Positions 53,861-62,826 of a stretch of 64,000 nt of DNA are shown in pieces. The stretch is from contig CAXXMV010000001.1 of NCBI GenBank assembly GCA_963662285.2, forward strand, positions 64,001-128,000. The letters are read 5' to 3'. The notes under the pieces are model-generated. The model was not told where the DNA came from. It made no database searches and saw only the letters and a program-made list of their open reading frames with translations. Made by a program: the position numbers and the translations under genes. The first letter of the stretch is position 1, and every line of letters starts with the position of its first letter. The stretch is from a bacterium (lineage in GTDB: Bacteria > Hinthialibacterota > Hinthialibacteria > Hinthialibacterales > Hinthialibacteraceae).

Positions 53861-54463
53861 ATGAAAAGATATAGTTGCAAGGCATTTACCCTTATAGAGT
53901 TATTGATCGTCGTAGCCATTATCGGGATTCTGGCGGCCATTGCCGTACCCAATTTTTTGAATGCCCAGGTTCGGGCTAAAATCGCACGGGTTGATAGCGA
54001 CCTGCGCACCCTGGCGGTAGCCATGGACTCTTACCGTATTGACCGGGGCGCCTATCCACCTGACTGGATTGGCGCTGGAGGCGGCAGCGTTCAAGAAAAA
54101 GGTTTTATCCGGGCGATGTACAATTTAACCACCCCGGTAGCCTATCTTTCCAGCGTTGATCTTTCTGATCCGTTTTACACTGGCGCTGCAAAAAACGTTA
54201 CTTTCAATGGGGGCGGCTATGATCAAGCCACTTACCGCTACTTCTGCTATCGTTATGGTTGGGGAGACGCAGTCAATTATGTCAAAGATGGCTATGCCAT
54301 ACTCTCTTACGGCCCGGATAAAATTGAAAGTTATGGTGAATGGTGCGGCATCCCAAGGGGAAAAGGTTGGGATGGAATTTATAGTTCTTCCAATGGACTT
54401 CGCAGCATGGGCGATATTGTAAGGGCTGGCGGGGCGGTCAACGTAAATGGATGGCAGCAATAA
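53861..54463 (+). CDS. Prepilin-type N-terminal cleavage/methylation protein (PulG/GspG-like)
   Basis: AGGAG RBS; KAFTLIELLIVVAIIGILAAIAVPNF, LTTPVAY, DPF, SYGPD and SNGLRSMGDIVR. Confidence 0.9.
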   Translation: MKRYSCKAFTLIELLIVVAIIGILAAIAVPNFLNAQVRAKIARVDSDLRTLAVAMDSYRIDRGAYPPDWIGAGGGSVQEKGFIRAMYNLTTPVAYLSSVDLSDPFYTGAAKNVTFNGGGYDQATYRYFCYRYGWGDAVNYVKDGYAILSYGPDKIESYGEWCGIPRGKGWDGIYSSSNGLRSMGDIVRAGGAVNVNGWQQ

Positions 54464-54486
54464 GCAATACACTAGATGTACAAGTT

Positions 54487-54520
54487 CCCTCGCCCACCGG
54501 GAGAGCTAGGGTGAGGGTGA
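54487..54520. repeat. REP-like palindrome
   Basis: CCCTCGCCCACCGGGAGAGCTAGGGTGAGGG, a reverse-orientation relative of 34744. Confidence 0.55.
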
Positions 54521-54588
54521 ATTTAATAATACCTATTCACTACCAACACTAAAAAAACTTATTGTTAAACACGGGGAGGCAAGCAGTC

Positions 54589-57500
54589 ATGCGTAATCTA
54601 TTATTATTTGTACTATCTATTTCATTTATTCTCACTGGATCAATACTGCAGACGGACGCAGCTGACGTGGAGGCGCCGATTCAACTAACCTGCGAATATC
54701 TAAACAATCCTATGGGGATTGATGAGCCTGCACCACGTTTTTCATGGCAAATCAATGACGTCCGACGCGGCGCTGTTCAAAGCGCATATCAGATTGTGGT
54801 CTCTACTAACCGCGGCAAACTGCTTAAAGATCAGGGCGATGTTTGGGATACAGGGAAAGTCCAATCACAACGCAGCATTCTAGTGCCTTATGATGGTATA
54901 ACTCTTCAAAGTAATACCCGGTATTTTTGGAAAGTCCGCACTTGGGACGGCGATGGGAAACCATCCCCTTATAGTAAAATTGCCTTTTGGCAAATGGGTT
55001 TGCTCCAGGAATTTGAATGGCAAGCCAAGTGGATCGGATTCGGAGGACAACTGCCTGATCCCCAACGGCGCCATAATGGGTATCATAGTAAAATCAGTAA
55101 TACGCCCGATACAACCAAATGGGTAGTCGTAGATTTATCCAAAGTCCAACAGTTCAATGCGGTCAGGCTTTATCCCGCGCATCCTTTTAATTTCAAGGAT
55201 ACTCCCGGCTTTCTATATCCGGTTCGGTTTAGAATTGATGTTTCCCGTGAACCCGGCTTTGATTCGTTTGATACAGTAGTTGATAAAACAGGTAGTGATG
55301 TCATCAATCCGGGTGATGCAGCGCAACTTTATCAGTTTGATGCAGTCAGCGCCCGCTACGTGAGGCTCCAGGTTTCCAAACTGGCGCATCGTGAAAAGCA
55401 GGAGTATGGCTTCGCCTTAGCGGAGATGCAGGTTCTGAACCAGGATGATAATCTGGCGCAAGGCAAGATCGTAACAGGTCTTGATACTATAGATGATGAT
55501 TCATGGTCTCAGGATCGCTTAACTGATGGCGTGACAATTGCGGTTAATCCCGGTAAAAATTGGAGTCCCCATCCATCACCCATGTTGCGCAAGGATTTTA
55601 ACCTGCCTGCTCCCATTAAACGCGCCGCTCTTTCTGCGACTGCGCTGGGGCTTTATGAAATATTCATTAACGGCCAACGCATCAGCGATAATCTCCTAGC
55701 GCCTGAATGGACCGATTATAATACCCGCATTCAATACCAAACCTATGACGTCACCGCCCAACTCAACCAGGGGCAGAACGCCATTGGCGCCATGCTGGGC
55801 GATGGTTGGTACGCAGGCCGCATTGGTCTGATCGGGTTACGCGTTTACGGCGACCAACTGGCTCTGTTGGCTCAACTGGATGTTACCTGCACCGATGGCA
55901 GCCGCCATCTGATCACGACGGATTCAAGTTGGCGCGGGACATTGGAAGGTCCAATCCGCGGCGCCGATATCATTCATGGTGAGATGCATGACGCCCGGCG
56001 GGTGATTCCTGATTGGAACAAGCCTTCTTTTGATGACGCCGATTGGGGTGCGGTGAATATCCTGCCTAAACCACAGGCCAAGTTAGTTCCGCAGATTAAT
56101 CAACCAATTCAAATCACCCAAAAGATAAAACCACTCAAAGTTACCGAACCCAAACCGGATGTATTTGTATACGATCTTGGTCAGAACATGGTTGGTTGGT
56201 GCCGTCTTATTCTACAGGGCGAGGCGGGAACGAAAGTAACCTTGCGCTATGCGGAAATGCTTGATCCCAATGGCGCGGCGTATATGGATAATATGCGCGG
56301 CCCGTTTCAAATCGATGAGTTCATTCTGGATGGTTCCAACGACTGCGTCTTTGAACCGTGTTTTACTTATCATGGCTTCCGCTATTTAGAGGTGACTGGT
56401 CTGACTGAAGCGCTTCCTCTGGAGAATATCACCGGGATGGTTTTTCATTCCGCTTCCCCGATGGTCAGTTCGTTTGAATGCTCCAGCCCCATGTTGAATC
56501 GGTTGATGAAGAACATTCTATGGACTCAACGCGGCAACATGCACAGCACGCCGACCGATTGTCCCCAACGCGATGAACGTCTGGGTTGGATGGGCGACGC
56601 CCAAATCTTTTCTCAGGCTGCCTGTTTCAATATGAACATGGCCGCTTTCCATAACAAGTGGCTTCAGGATGTACGCGACGCCCAGACCGATAAAGGGCAG
56701 TATTCCGATTTTTCTCCCAATCCAGTCATGGATAAAGAGCAGTTTGTCGCGGCGCCCGCCTGGGCTGATGCGGGAGTGATCATCCCCTGGCGCATGTACG
56801 TCAATTATGGTGATAAGCGAATCATCGCGCGTCATTATGCATCCATGAAGCGATGGGTGGATTATGTGCAGAAAAACTCGGTGGATTACATCTGGACGGA
56901 GGGGCGCGGCAACGATTACGGCGATTGGCTCAACGCTGATACGTTGATTCTAGAGAACTGGCCTAAGGAAGGCGGCGCCATCTCCAAAGAACAGATAGCA
57001 ACCGCATTCGCAGCTCATTCGGTTGATCTCTTATCGCGTATGGCGCAGGTTATCGGCAAAGAGAGCGATGCGCAGAAATACGCTGAGCTGTTTAAGAATA
57101 TCCGTCATGCATTTATTCAGAAATATTTCGAGGCCAATGGACGTAATAAGGAAGATAACCAGACCGCCTACGCCCTGGCTCTGCATTTCAATTTGATACC
57201 CACCGATCAGCGCTCAGAGGCGGTTCAGAGCATCTTGCGTAAAATAAAGGATTACAATGGCCATATCTCCACTGGCATCCAGGCTACCAACCGCATGATG
57301 CTGGAACTGACCAACGAAGGTCAGAACGATGCAGCCTATCAATTACTCAATAACCGCACCATTCCATCTTTGGGTTATATGATTGACAATGGCGCCACCA
57401 CGATCTGGGAGCGTTGGGATGGTTGGGTCGATGGGCGCGGATTCCAAAATACCGGTATGAACTCTTTCAACCATTACGCCTTAGGTGCTGTCTGCGAATG

Positions 57501-57861
57501 GATGTTCAGAAACATAGCGGGCATTAATCCCGATCCATCAGAACCGGGCTATAAACATTTCATAATTCATCCCCGCCCCGGTGGAGGCGTCACCTATGCT
57601 AATACCACCTATAACTCAATACGCGGCCCCATTATCACCAAATGGCGCATAGAAAATAAAACGTTTACGCTGGATGTAACCATTCCAGCCAATACCAGCG
57701 CCGCCATTGTTCTGCCCACTTCAGAAATAAGTCAGGTAACAGAAAACCAAGGTACACTGAAAGACTCTAAATTCATTGAGATTATGAAATCGGGAGATGA
57801 TGGCGTAACGCTGAAGACGTCTTCAGGTCAGTACAAGTTTTTGGTAAAGTTAGAGGATTAA
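54589..57861 (+). CDS. Alpha-L-rhamnosidase (GH78) with an inserted F5/8-type C/discoidin-like module
   Basis: LTCEYLNNPMGID..PRFSW, TALGLYE, DLGQNMVGW, FTYHGFRY, PTDCPQRDERLGWMGDAQ, GATTIWERW and MNSFNHY motifs. Confidence 0.95.
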   Translation: MRNLLLFVLSISFILTGSILQTDAADVEAPIQLTCEYLNNPMGIDEPAPRFSWQINDVRRGAVQSAYQIVVSTNRGKLLKDQGDVWDTGKVQSQRSILVPYDGITLQSNTRYFWKVRTWDGDGKPSPYSKIAFWQMGLLQEFEWQAKWIGFGGQLPDPQRRHNGYHSKISNTPDTTKWVVVDLSKVQQFNAVRLYPAHPFNFKDTPGFLYPVRFRIDVSREPGFDSFDTVVDKTGSDVINPGDAAQLYQFDAVSARYVRLQVSKLAHREKQEYGFALAEMQVLNQDDNLAQGKIVTGLDTIDDDSWSQDRLTDGVTIAVNPGKNWSPHPSPMLRKDFNLPAPIKRAALSATALGLYEIFINGQRISDNLLAPEWTDYNTRIQYQTYDVTAQLNQGQNAIGAMLGDGWYAGRIGLIGLRVYGDQLALLAQLDVTCTDGSRHLITTDSSWRGTLEGPIRGADIIHGEMHDARRVIPDWNKPSFDDADWGAVNILPKPQAKLVPQINQPIQITQKIKPLKVTEPKPDVFVYDLGQNMVGWCRLILQGEAGTKVTLRYAEMLDPNGAAYMDNMRGPFQIDEFILDGSNDCVFEPCFTYHGFRYLEVTGLTEALPLENITGMVFHSASPMVSSFECSSPMLNRLMKNILWTQRGNMHSTPTDCPQRDERLGWMGDAQIFSQAACFNMNMAAFHNKWLQDVRDAQTDKGQYSDFSPNPVMDKEQFVAAPAWADAGVIIPWRMYVNYGDKRIIARHYASMKRWVDYVQKNSVDYIWTEGRGNDYGDWLNADTLILENWPKEGGAISKEQIATAFAAHSVDLLSRMAQVIGKESDAQKYAELFKNIRHAFIQKYFEANGRNKEDNQTAYALALHFNLIPTDQRSEAVQSILRKIKDYNGHISTGIQATNRMMLELTNEGQNDAAYQLLNNRTIPSLGYMIDNGATTIWERWDGWVDGRGFQNTGMNSFNHYALGAVCEWMFRNIAGINPDPSEPGYKHFIIHPRPGGGVTYANTTYNSIRGPIITKWRIENKTFTLDVTIPANTSAAIVLPTSEISQVTENQGTLKDSKFIEIMKSGDDGVTLKTSSGQYKFLVKLED

Positions 57862-57933
57862 GGATTTGTATACATGACTCATCTTTTAAGATGATTGAGC
57901 TATATTTATTACAATTCAATGAGGAGAAACAAC

Positions 57934-60522
57934 ATGTTTAAGCGATTATGTCTACTAGCCCTCGCCTTATCATCCATTGTCAGTTTGTCATATAGCGAAA
58001 TACCAACCTATGACAATCAACCCTCATCCGCCTTTCTGCGTAATTGGCTGTTATGCGGTCCTTTCCCTAATCCGGCGGCCGTTTATAGCAAGCGTGAAAA
58101 GCATACGCCCGGGTTTTATTTTGATTATTTGCAGGCGCATGGCGGCGAGACCAATCTCTCGGTTAAAGCGGGGCAGCAGGAACAATTCGGTGATGCTTCG
58201 TTGGAGTGGGTTGAATATCAATCCGAGAATAACTCGATTGATCTGGATAAAGCGGTCTCTATTAAACCTCATGTGCTGGCCTACGCTTACTGTGAAATAG
58301 AATCATCTGTGGAAAAACCCTGCTTCTTAGCTTTGGGCAGCAATGACGGGGCGCGGGTCTGGTTTAATGGCGAGCAGATACTCGACCTGCCGGTGGAGCG
58401 TGGATTACGTAGCGACGACAACATTATCCCTGTCGTCTTAAAAAAAGGCCGCAATTCTGTACTATTGAAGATTGCTGAGACGGAGAATATGTGGGGATTC
58501 TGCTGCCGTATGGTTCCGTTTGATCTGAAGCGTCTCGGTAATGACCAGAGTCTTTTCCGGGTATACACCAATAAAGCTGGTGAAGCCTCACTCTCTTATA
58601 CCGGTTCAAAGTCGTTGATCGGCAAGGTTCTTAAGAAGATTGATTTACAGATATCACCTTCGAGTAACCCCGATGAAGTGATATGGAAAAAACAATGGTC
58701 GAAACAGGATAAGACCGCCCTTGATATTGCTTCTAATGAATATGGCGAATATATATTAGAAATTACCATCACGTTGCTTGATGACAGTCAACAATTAATA
58801 TCCATGCCTTTTTTCGTTGGACAACGGATGGATTATAGCCTCTTCGAAAATAACAAAACCGATTACTCAATCGTCGTTGGAGAAGATGCCTCTGAATCAG
58901 AACAATGGGCTGCTAAAGAGTTGCAGCATTGGCTCGAAGAAGTCAGCGGCGCTGCACTCAGCATCAAGTCTGATAACGAAACGCAGACGCCTAATCAGAT
59001 TATCATCGGCTTAAACCGGCATAGCAGATCATTGCTCGGTAAAGATCAAAGCAAAGAACTCCAGGAACTCGATGAATCTTTCACTTATCGCAATGTCGGG
59101 CCTTCAATTGTGATATGGGGCGGCAAAGCGCGGGGAACCATGTATGGCGTGTTCTCTTTTCTCGAAAACGATCTGGGCTGCCGTTGGTACACTCCTGAGG
59201 TTACTGTTATCCCAAGCAGGGAGCGTTACGCTTTTCATCACTTAAACCATAGCGAAGCGCCCGGCATCCGGGTCAGGAATGATTTCTATTTTGAAGCCTT
59301 CAATCCCATCTGGGCGGCCAGGAACAGAGTTAACGGCGCTATGGGATACCGTGAGCAACCGGGCGGGGTTGAAAGTTATTGGGCGGTGCACACTTTTTAC
59401 CCCATGATGCCGCCATCTGAATTTTTTGAAGATCATCCCGAATATTACAGTTTGATTGATGGTAAAAGGGTGCATAACCGCGCTCAACTATGCCTAACCA
59501 ATCCCGACGTTCTGCGCATCATAACCGAGCGTACGTTGGAAACAATCCGCCAGAATCCTAAAAATCTGATCTATTCAGTTTCGCAGAACGACTGGGCCGG
59601 GCCATGCCAATGCGAGGCCTGTCAGGCTATAGCCAAAAGAGAAGAGAGCGAATCGGGGCCGGTAATCTGGTTCGTCAATCAAGTGGCCGAAGCGGTCGAG
59701 AAAGAGTTTCCCGATAAATTCATCGGTACCCTGGCTTATCAATACACCCGCAAGCCCTGCAAGACCCTGCGTCCCCGTCATAACGTTGTGGTGCGATTTT
59801 GCAGCATCGAATGCTGCTTCGCCCATGATTTCGAGCATTGCCCGGAAAACGTTTCGTTTGTAGAAGATATCGAAGGCTGGTCGGCCATCGCGCCCAAACT
59901 TTATATATGGGATTACGTGGTCAATTTCTCTCATTACGTAATGCCTTATCCCAACTTCAATGTGCTGCAACCCAATATCCAGTTTTTCCGCAAGCACAAT
60001 TCCATCGGAATCATGGAGCAGGCCGCCTATCAAAGCAGAGGAGGCGAATTCTCTGAATTACGGGCTTACCTGATTGCCAAACTTTTATGGAATCCCGATT
60101 GCGACGTCCAAGCAGTTATCAATGATTTCATGTACGGCTACTATGGCCGCAGCGGGCAGTATATCAGAAACTATTTTGATCTGCTGCATGACCAATTGAC
60201 TCCTGACACCCATATCCACCTGGGGCTGCAACCTGATGATCCATTGTTCTCTGAAGAGTTCATCACGCAAGCCGATCTGATTTTCGATCAGGCCGAAATC
60301 GTGGCGGATAATGATGAAATCAAAAAACGGGTAGAGATGACCCGCCTGCCTCTTATGTATCTAAAGTGTAAGCGAGATGCTCAAAAAGCCATCCAGGATG
60401 GAACCTATCAGCGCTTCTCTGAAATCACCGAACGCGAAGCAGTCCATAATTTCGCCGAAGTCGGCGCCAAACACCGTGAAGCCTTTCACGCCGCCATGCG
60501 CAATGAGATGGAGCAGGAATGA
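57934..60522 (+). CDS. Secreted DUF4838 domain protein (GH20/GH67-like N domain) with an N-terminal beta-sandwich
   Basis: WLLCGPFPN, LGSNDGARVWFNG, RGTMYGVFSFLE..GCRWY, VHTFY, QLCLTNP, SVSQND..CQCEAC and YLIAKLLWNP motifs. Confidence 0.85.
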   Translation: MFKRLCLLALALSSIVSLSYSEIPTYDNQPSSAFLRNWLLCGPFPNPAAVYSKREKHTPGFYFDYLQAHGGETNLSVKAGQQEQFGDASLEWVEYQSENNSIDLDKAVSIKPHVLAYAYCEIESSVEKPCFLALGSNDGARVWFNGEQILDLPVERGLRSDDNIIPVVLKKGRNSVLLKIAETENMWGFCCRMVPFDLKRLGNDQSLFRVYTNKAGEASLSYTGSKSLIGKVLKKIDLQISPSSNPDEVIWKKQWSKQDKTALDIASNEYGEYILEITITLLDDSQQLISMPFFVGQRMDYSLFENNKTDYSIVVGEDASESEQWAAKELQHWLEEVSGAALSIKSDNETQTPNQIIIGLNRHSRSLLGKDQSKELQELDESFTYRNVGPSIVIWGGKARGTMYGVFSFLENDLGCRWYTPEVTVIPSRERYAFHHLNHSEAPGIRVRNDFYFEAFNPIWAARNRVNGAMGYREQPGGVESYWAVHTFYPMMPPSEFFEDHPEYYSLIDGKRVHNRAQLCLTNPDVLRIITERTLETIRQNPKNLIYSVSQNDWAGPCQCEACQAIAKREESESGPVIWFVNQVAEAVEKEFPDKFIGTLAYQYTRKPCKTLRPRHNVVVRFCSIECCFAHDFEHCPENVSFVEDIEGWSAIAPKLYIWDYVVNFSHYVMPYPNFNVLQPNIQFFRKHNSIGIMEQAAYQSRGGEFSELRAYLIAKLLWNPDCDVQAVINDFMYGYYGRSGQYIRNYFDLLHDQLTPDTHIHLGLQPDDPLFSEEFITQADLIFDQAEIVADNDEIKKRVEMTRLPLMYLKCKRDAQKAIQDGTYQRFSEITEREAVHNFAEVGAKHREAFHAAMRNEMEQE

Positions 60523-60566
60523 TGCAATACACTATTCATCAATCAACCTTGATTCGTGAAACAAGT

Positions 60567-61478
60567 ATGAAATTAGTCTCTTTTTGCTTGTTTGTTTTGT
60601 TGTTGATAATTCCATGTTTTTCGATATTGGCCGACGATCTTCCAGACGGATGGGAATCCAGTTTTGCTGAAGTTAATGGTCTGAAATTGCATGTTATAAG
60701 AACCAGCGGTGATAAACAGCCAATCGTTATGGCGCACGGTGGTTTATCGAATGGTGTTTTATGTTGGGAATATCTGGCAAAAGCATTTCAAAAGCAATAT
60801 GACGTAATCATGTATGATTCCCGCGGGCATGGCGATTCGCAGAGAGCCAAACATGATTATTCTTTGCATACTCTTGCGAAAGATCTTGCCGGTTTAATTC
60901 AAAATCAACAGTTGAATAAGCCGATATTGATTGGACATAGTATGGGTTCGTACGCTACTTTATTTTGCACAGCCGAGAATCCTGAACTCCCTCGCGCTAT
61001 TGTTCTGATTGATCCATTAATACGTAGTTACCCATCGAAAGATGATAAGGATGGTTTGGTTGTATTTAATAAGTGGGTTAGGGATACGAAGAAGGAGTTC
61101 GTTAAATGGAAAAGTATGTCACGGGATGAACTGCTTGAATATTTTCCTCCAATTGATCCATTGATAAGCAAACAAGGGCGAACGGTGGAAAAGAGAATTA
61201 ATAGTATACAAAAATTAGATATTAATGCCTTATCAGTCATCGATCATATCGGCAAAATGCGTTTTGAAGATTTTAAGAACATGTTCAAAAAGATCACTTG
61301 TCCAGTTTTGATTTTAAGTGCGGACGTTCAAGGCGAAGATAAAGAGAAAGAGTGTCGGTTGGTTGCCGAATTTCCTAACATCAACATTGTTCATATTGTC
61401 GGCGCCGGTCATAACGTACATCATGATCGTGCGGATGAATGCATTAAATTGATTTCTGATTTTCTCGAAAAGAATTAA
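60567..61478 (+). CDS. Secreted alpha/beta hydrolase
   Basis: MAHGG, DSRGHGDS, IGHSMG nucleophile and GAGHNVH. Confidence 0.9.
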   Translation: MKLVSFCLFVLLLIIPCFSILADDLPDGWESSFAEVNGLKLHVIRTSGDKQPIVMAHGGLSNGVLCWEYLAKAFQKQYDVIMYDSRGHGDSQRAKHDYSLHTLAKDLAGLIQNQQLNKPILIGHSMGSYATLFCTAENPELPRAIVLIDPLIRSYPSKDDKDGLVVFNKWVRDTKKEFVKWKSMSRDELLEYFPPIDPLISKQGRTVEKRINSIQKLDINALSVIDHIGKMRFEDFKNMFKKITCPVLILSADVQGEDKEKECRLVAEFPNINIVHIVGAGHNVHHDRADECIKLISDFLEKN

Positions 61479-61545
61479 ACAATCTTTCTAAAAAGAAGAA
61501 TGATGGATTGTGTATCGCTTTAAGAATTTCAACACGAACAAGAAT

Positions 61546-61585
61546 AAACCGCCCGTTGAGATCATTCTCACCGGGCGGTTTTTTT
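61546..61585 (+). terminator. Intrinsic terminator
   Basis: AAACCGCCCG-TGAGA..TCTCA-CGGGCGGTTTTTTT. Confidence 0.8.
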
Positions 61586-61687
61586 GTACAAAACGTTTAT
61601 GTTTTGCTACCTTTTTCCCCGCTTGAACGTCTTTATATATGATAGGCTGTATTCCGGCAAAGGTATAAGCGCGGGTGGAGAGAAACT

Positions 61688-62248
61688 TTGGATCGATTCA
61701 TTGAGAAGGATTTACGTAAAGGGAAACAGCAGGCCTTCGCGCATTTGTTCGAACTGCATGCCGATAAACTGCTGCGTCTGGGATACGCATTGCTGTTCAA
61801 TCAAACCGATGCTGAAGACGTGGTTCAGGATGCGTTGATCGGATTTGTTGACGCTTTGCGGGATGGGCGTTTTCGCGGCGGCAATGGCGTTGTCGAAGCC
61901 TATTTGAGACGCAGCGTCCGCAATCGGTGCATCGATAAACTACGCCAGTCGGGAAGACTGCCAACCTCGCAGGTTGCAAATATCGATTGCGAATTATATA
62001 CGCGACATAAACCGATATTGCCTTCAGGGGTATTAGAAGAAAAACGGATGCAGGCATTGATAGAGGCGGCCATTCAAAACTTACCCGATGCGCAACGAGC
62101 CGTCATTGTGTTGCGCTTACTGGAAGATTACTCCTACCAACAGATCGCAGACGAATTACGAATCTCTCTCGATTATGTAAAGAACCTCATGGCGCGCGCC
62201 CGTAAGCATCTGCGTCAGGAATTAGACCCTTTTGTGGAGGATAAATAA
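61688..62248 (+). CDS. ECF (sigma-70 family) RNA polymerase sigma factor
   Basis: AFAHLFE, DAEDVVQD, RNRCIDKLR and LPDAQRAVIVLR..YSYQQIADEL..VKNLMARAR. Confidence 0.93.
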   Translation: MDRFIEKDLRKGKQQAFAHLFELHADKLLRLGYALLFNQTDAEDVVQDALIGFVDALRDGRFRGGNGVVEAYLRRSVRNRCIDKLRQSGRLPTSQVANIDCELYTRHKPILPSGVLEEKRMQALIEAAIQNLPDAQRAVIVLRLLEDYSYQQIADELRISLDYVKNLMARARKHLRQELDPFVEDK

Positions 62249-62253
62249 GTCTG

Positions 62254-62826
62254 ATGGATAAACATACCGACCAATTCAAGCAGGAAGATGATTTGATTCG
62301 TGACGCTTTGCAGCAGATGGATATTCCAACCCAAAGGGAATCCATGAAACAGGCTTTTATCGAACGCGCTAGGAATCGTTATACGCCATCAAAAAGCCAG
62401 GGCGGTCTATGGGTTAAACGTTTAGCGCTGGGTGGAGTGGTTTGTTACGCCATGCTTACATTGGCGTACTTATGGGTAGTATTCAACGCTTCCGCAGTGC
62501 AGAGCATTCGAGGAATCAATGCGAATGATTGGCGAATTCATTATAAAGCAGCTTTGGGTGATGCAGTTCAATACAAAAAAGGCGACCAATTACTATTAAC
62601 CGACGGATCGACTATAGCATGTCTGGATGATTCCGCCTTGAGCGTTATTTATACCAATAAACAAAGGCTGATTGAGCTGCGGCAGGGGACGATAGAGATT
62701 GAAGCGGCGCATAACCGGAATTATCCAATGGTAGTTTATAGCGGTGATGCAGAAATACGGGTGACTGGAACAAAATTTGTGGTTTCCACGGGCGAAGCAT
62801 ATTGGGAGAAGGAGAGAGGGCTATGA
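62254..62826 (+). CDS. Anti-sigma factor with TM and a truncated FecR domain
   Basis: Cytoplasmic N-terminus, one TM, then LTDGSTIACLDDSALSV..RLIELRQG..IRVTGTKFVV. The stop comes about 16 aa after GT. Confidence 0.85.
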   Translation: MDKHTDQFKQEDDLIRDALQQMDIPTQRESMKQAFIERARNRYTPSKSQGGLWVKRLALGGVVCYAMLTLAYLWVVFNASAVQSIRGINANDWRIHYKAALGDAVQYKKGDQLLLTDGSTIACLDDSALSVIYTNKQRLIELRQGTIEIEAAHNRNYPMVVYSGDAEIRVTGTKFVVSTGEAYWEKERGL

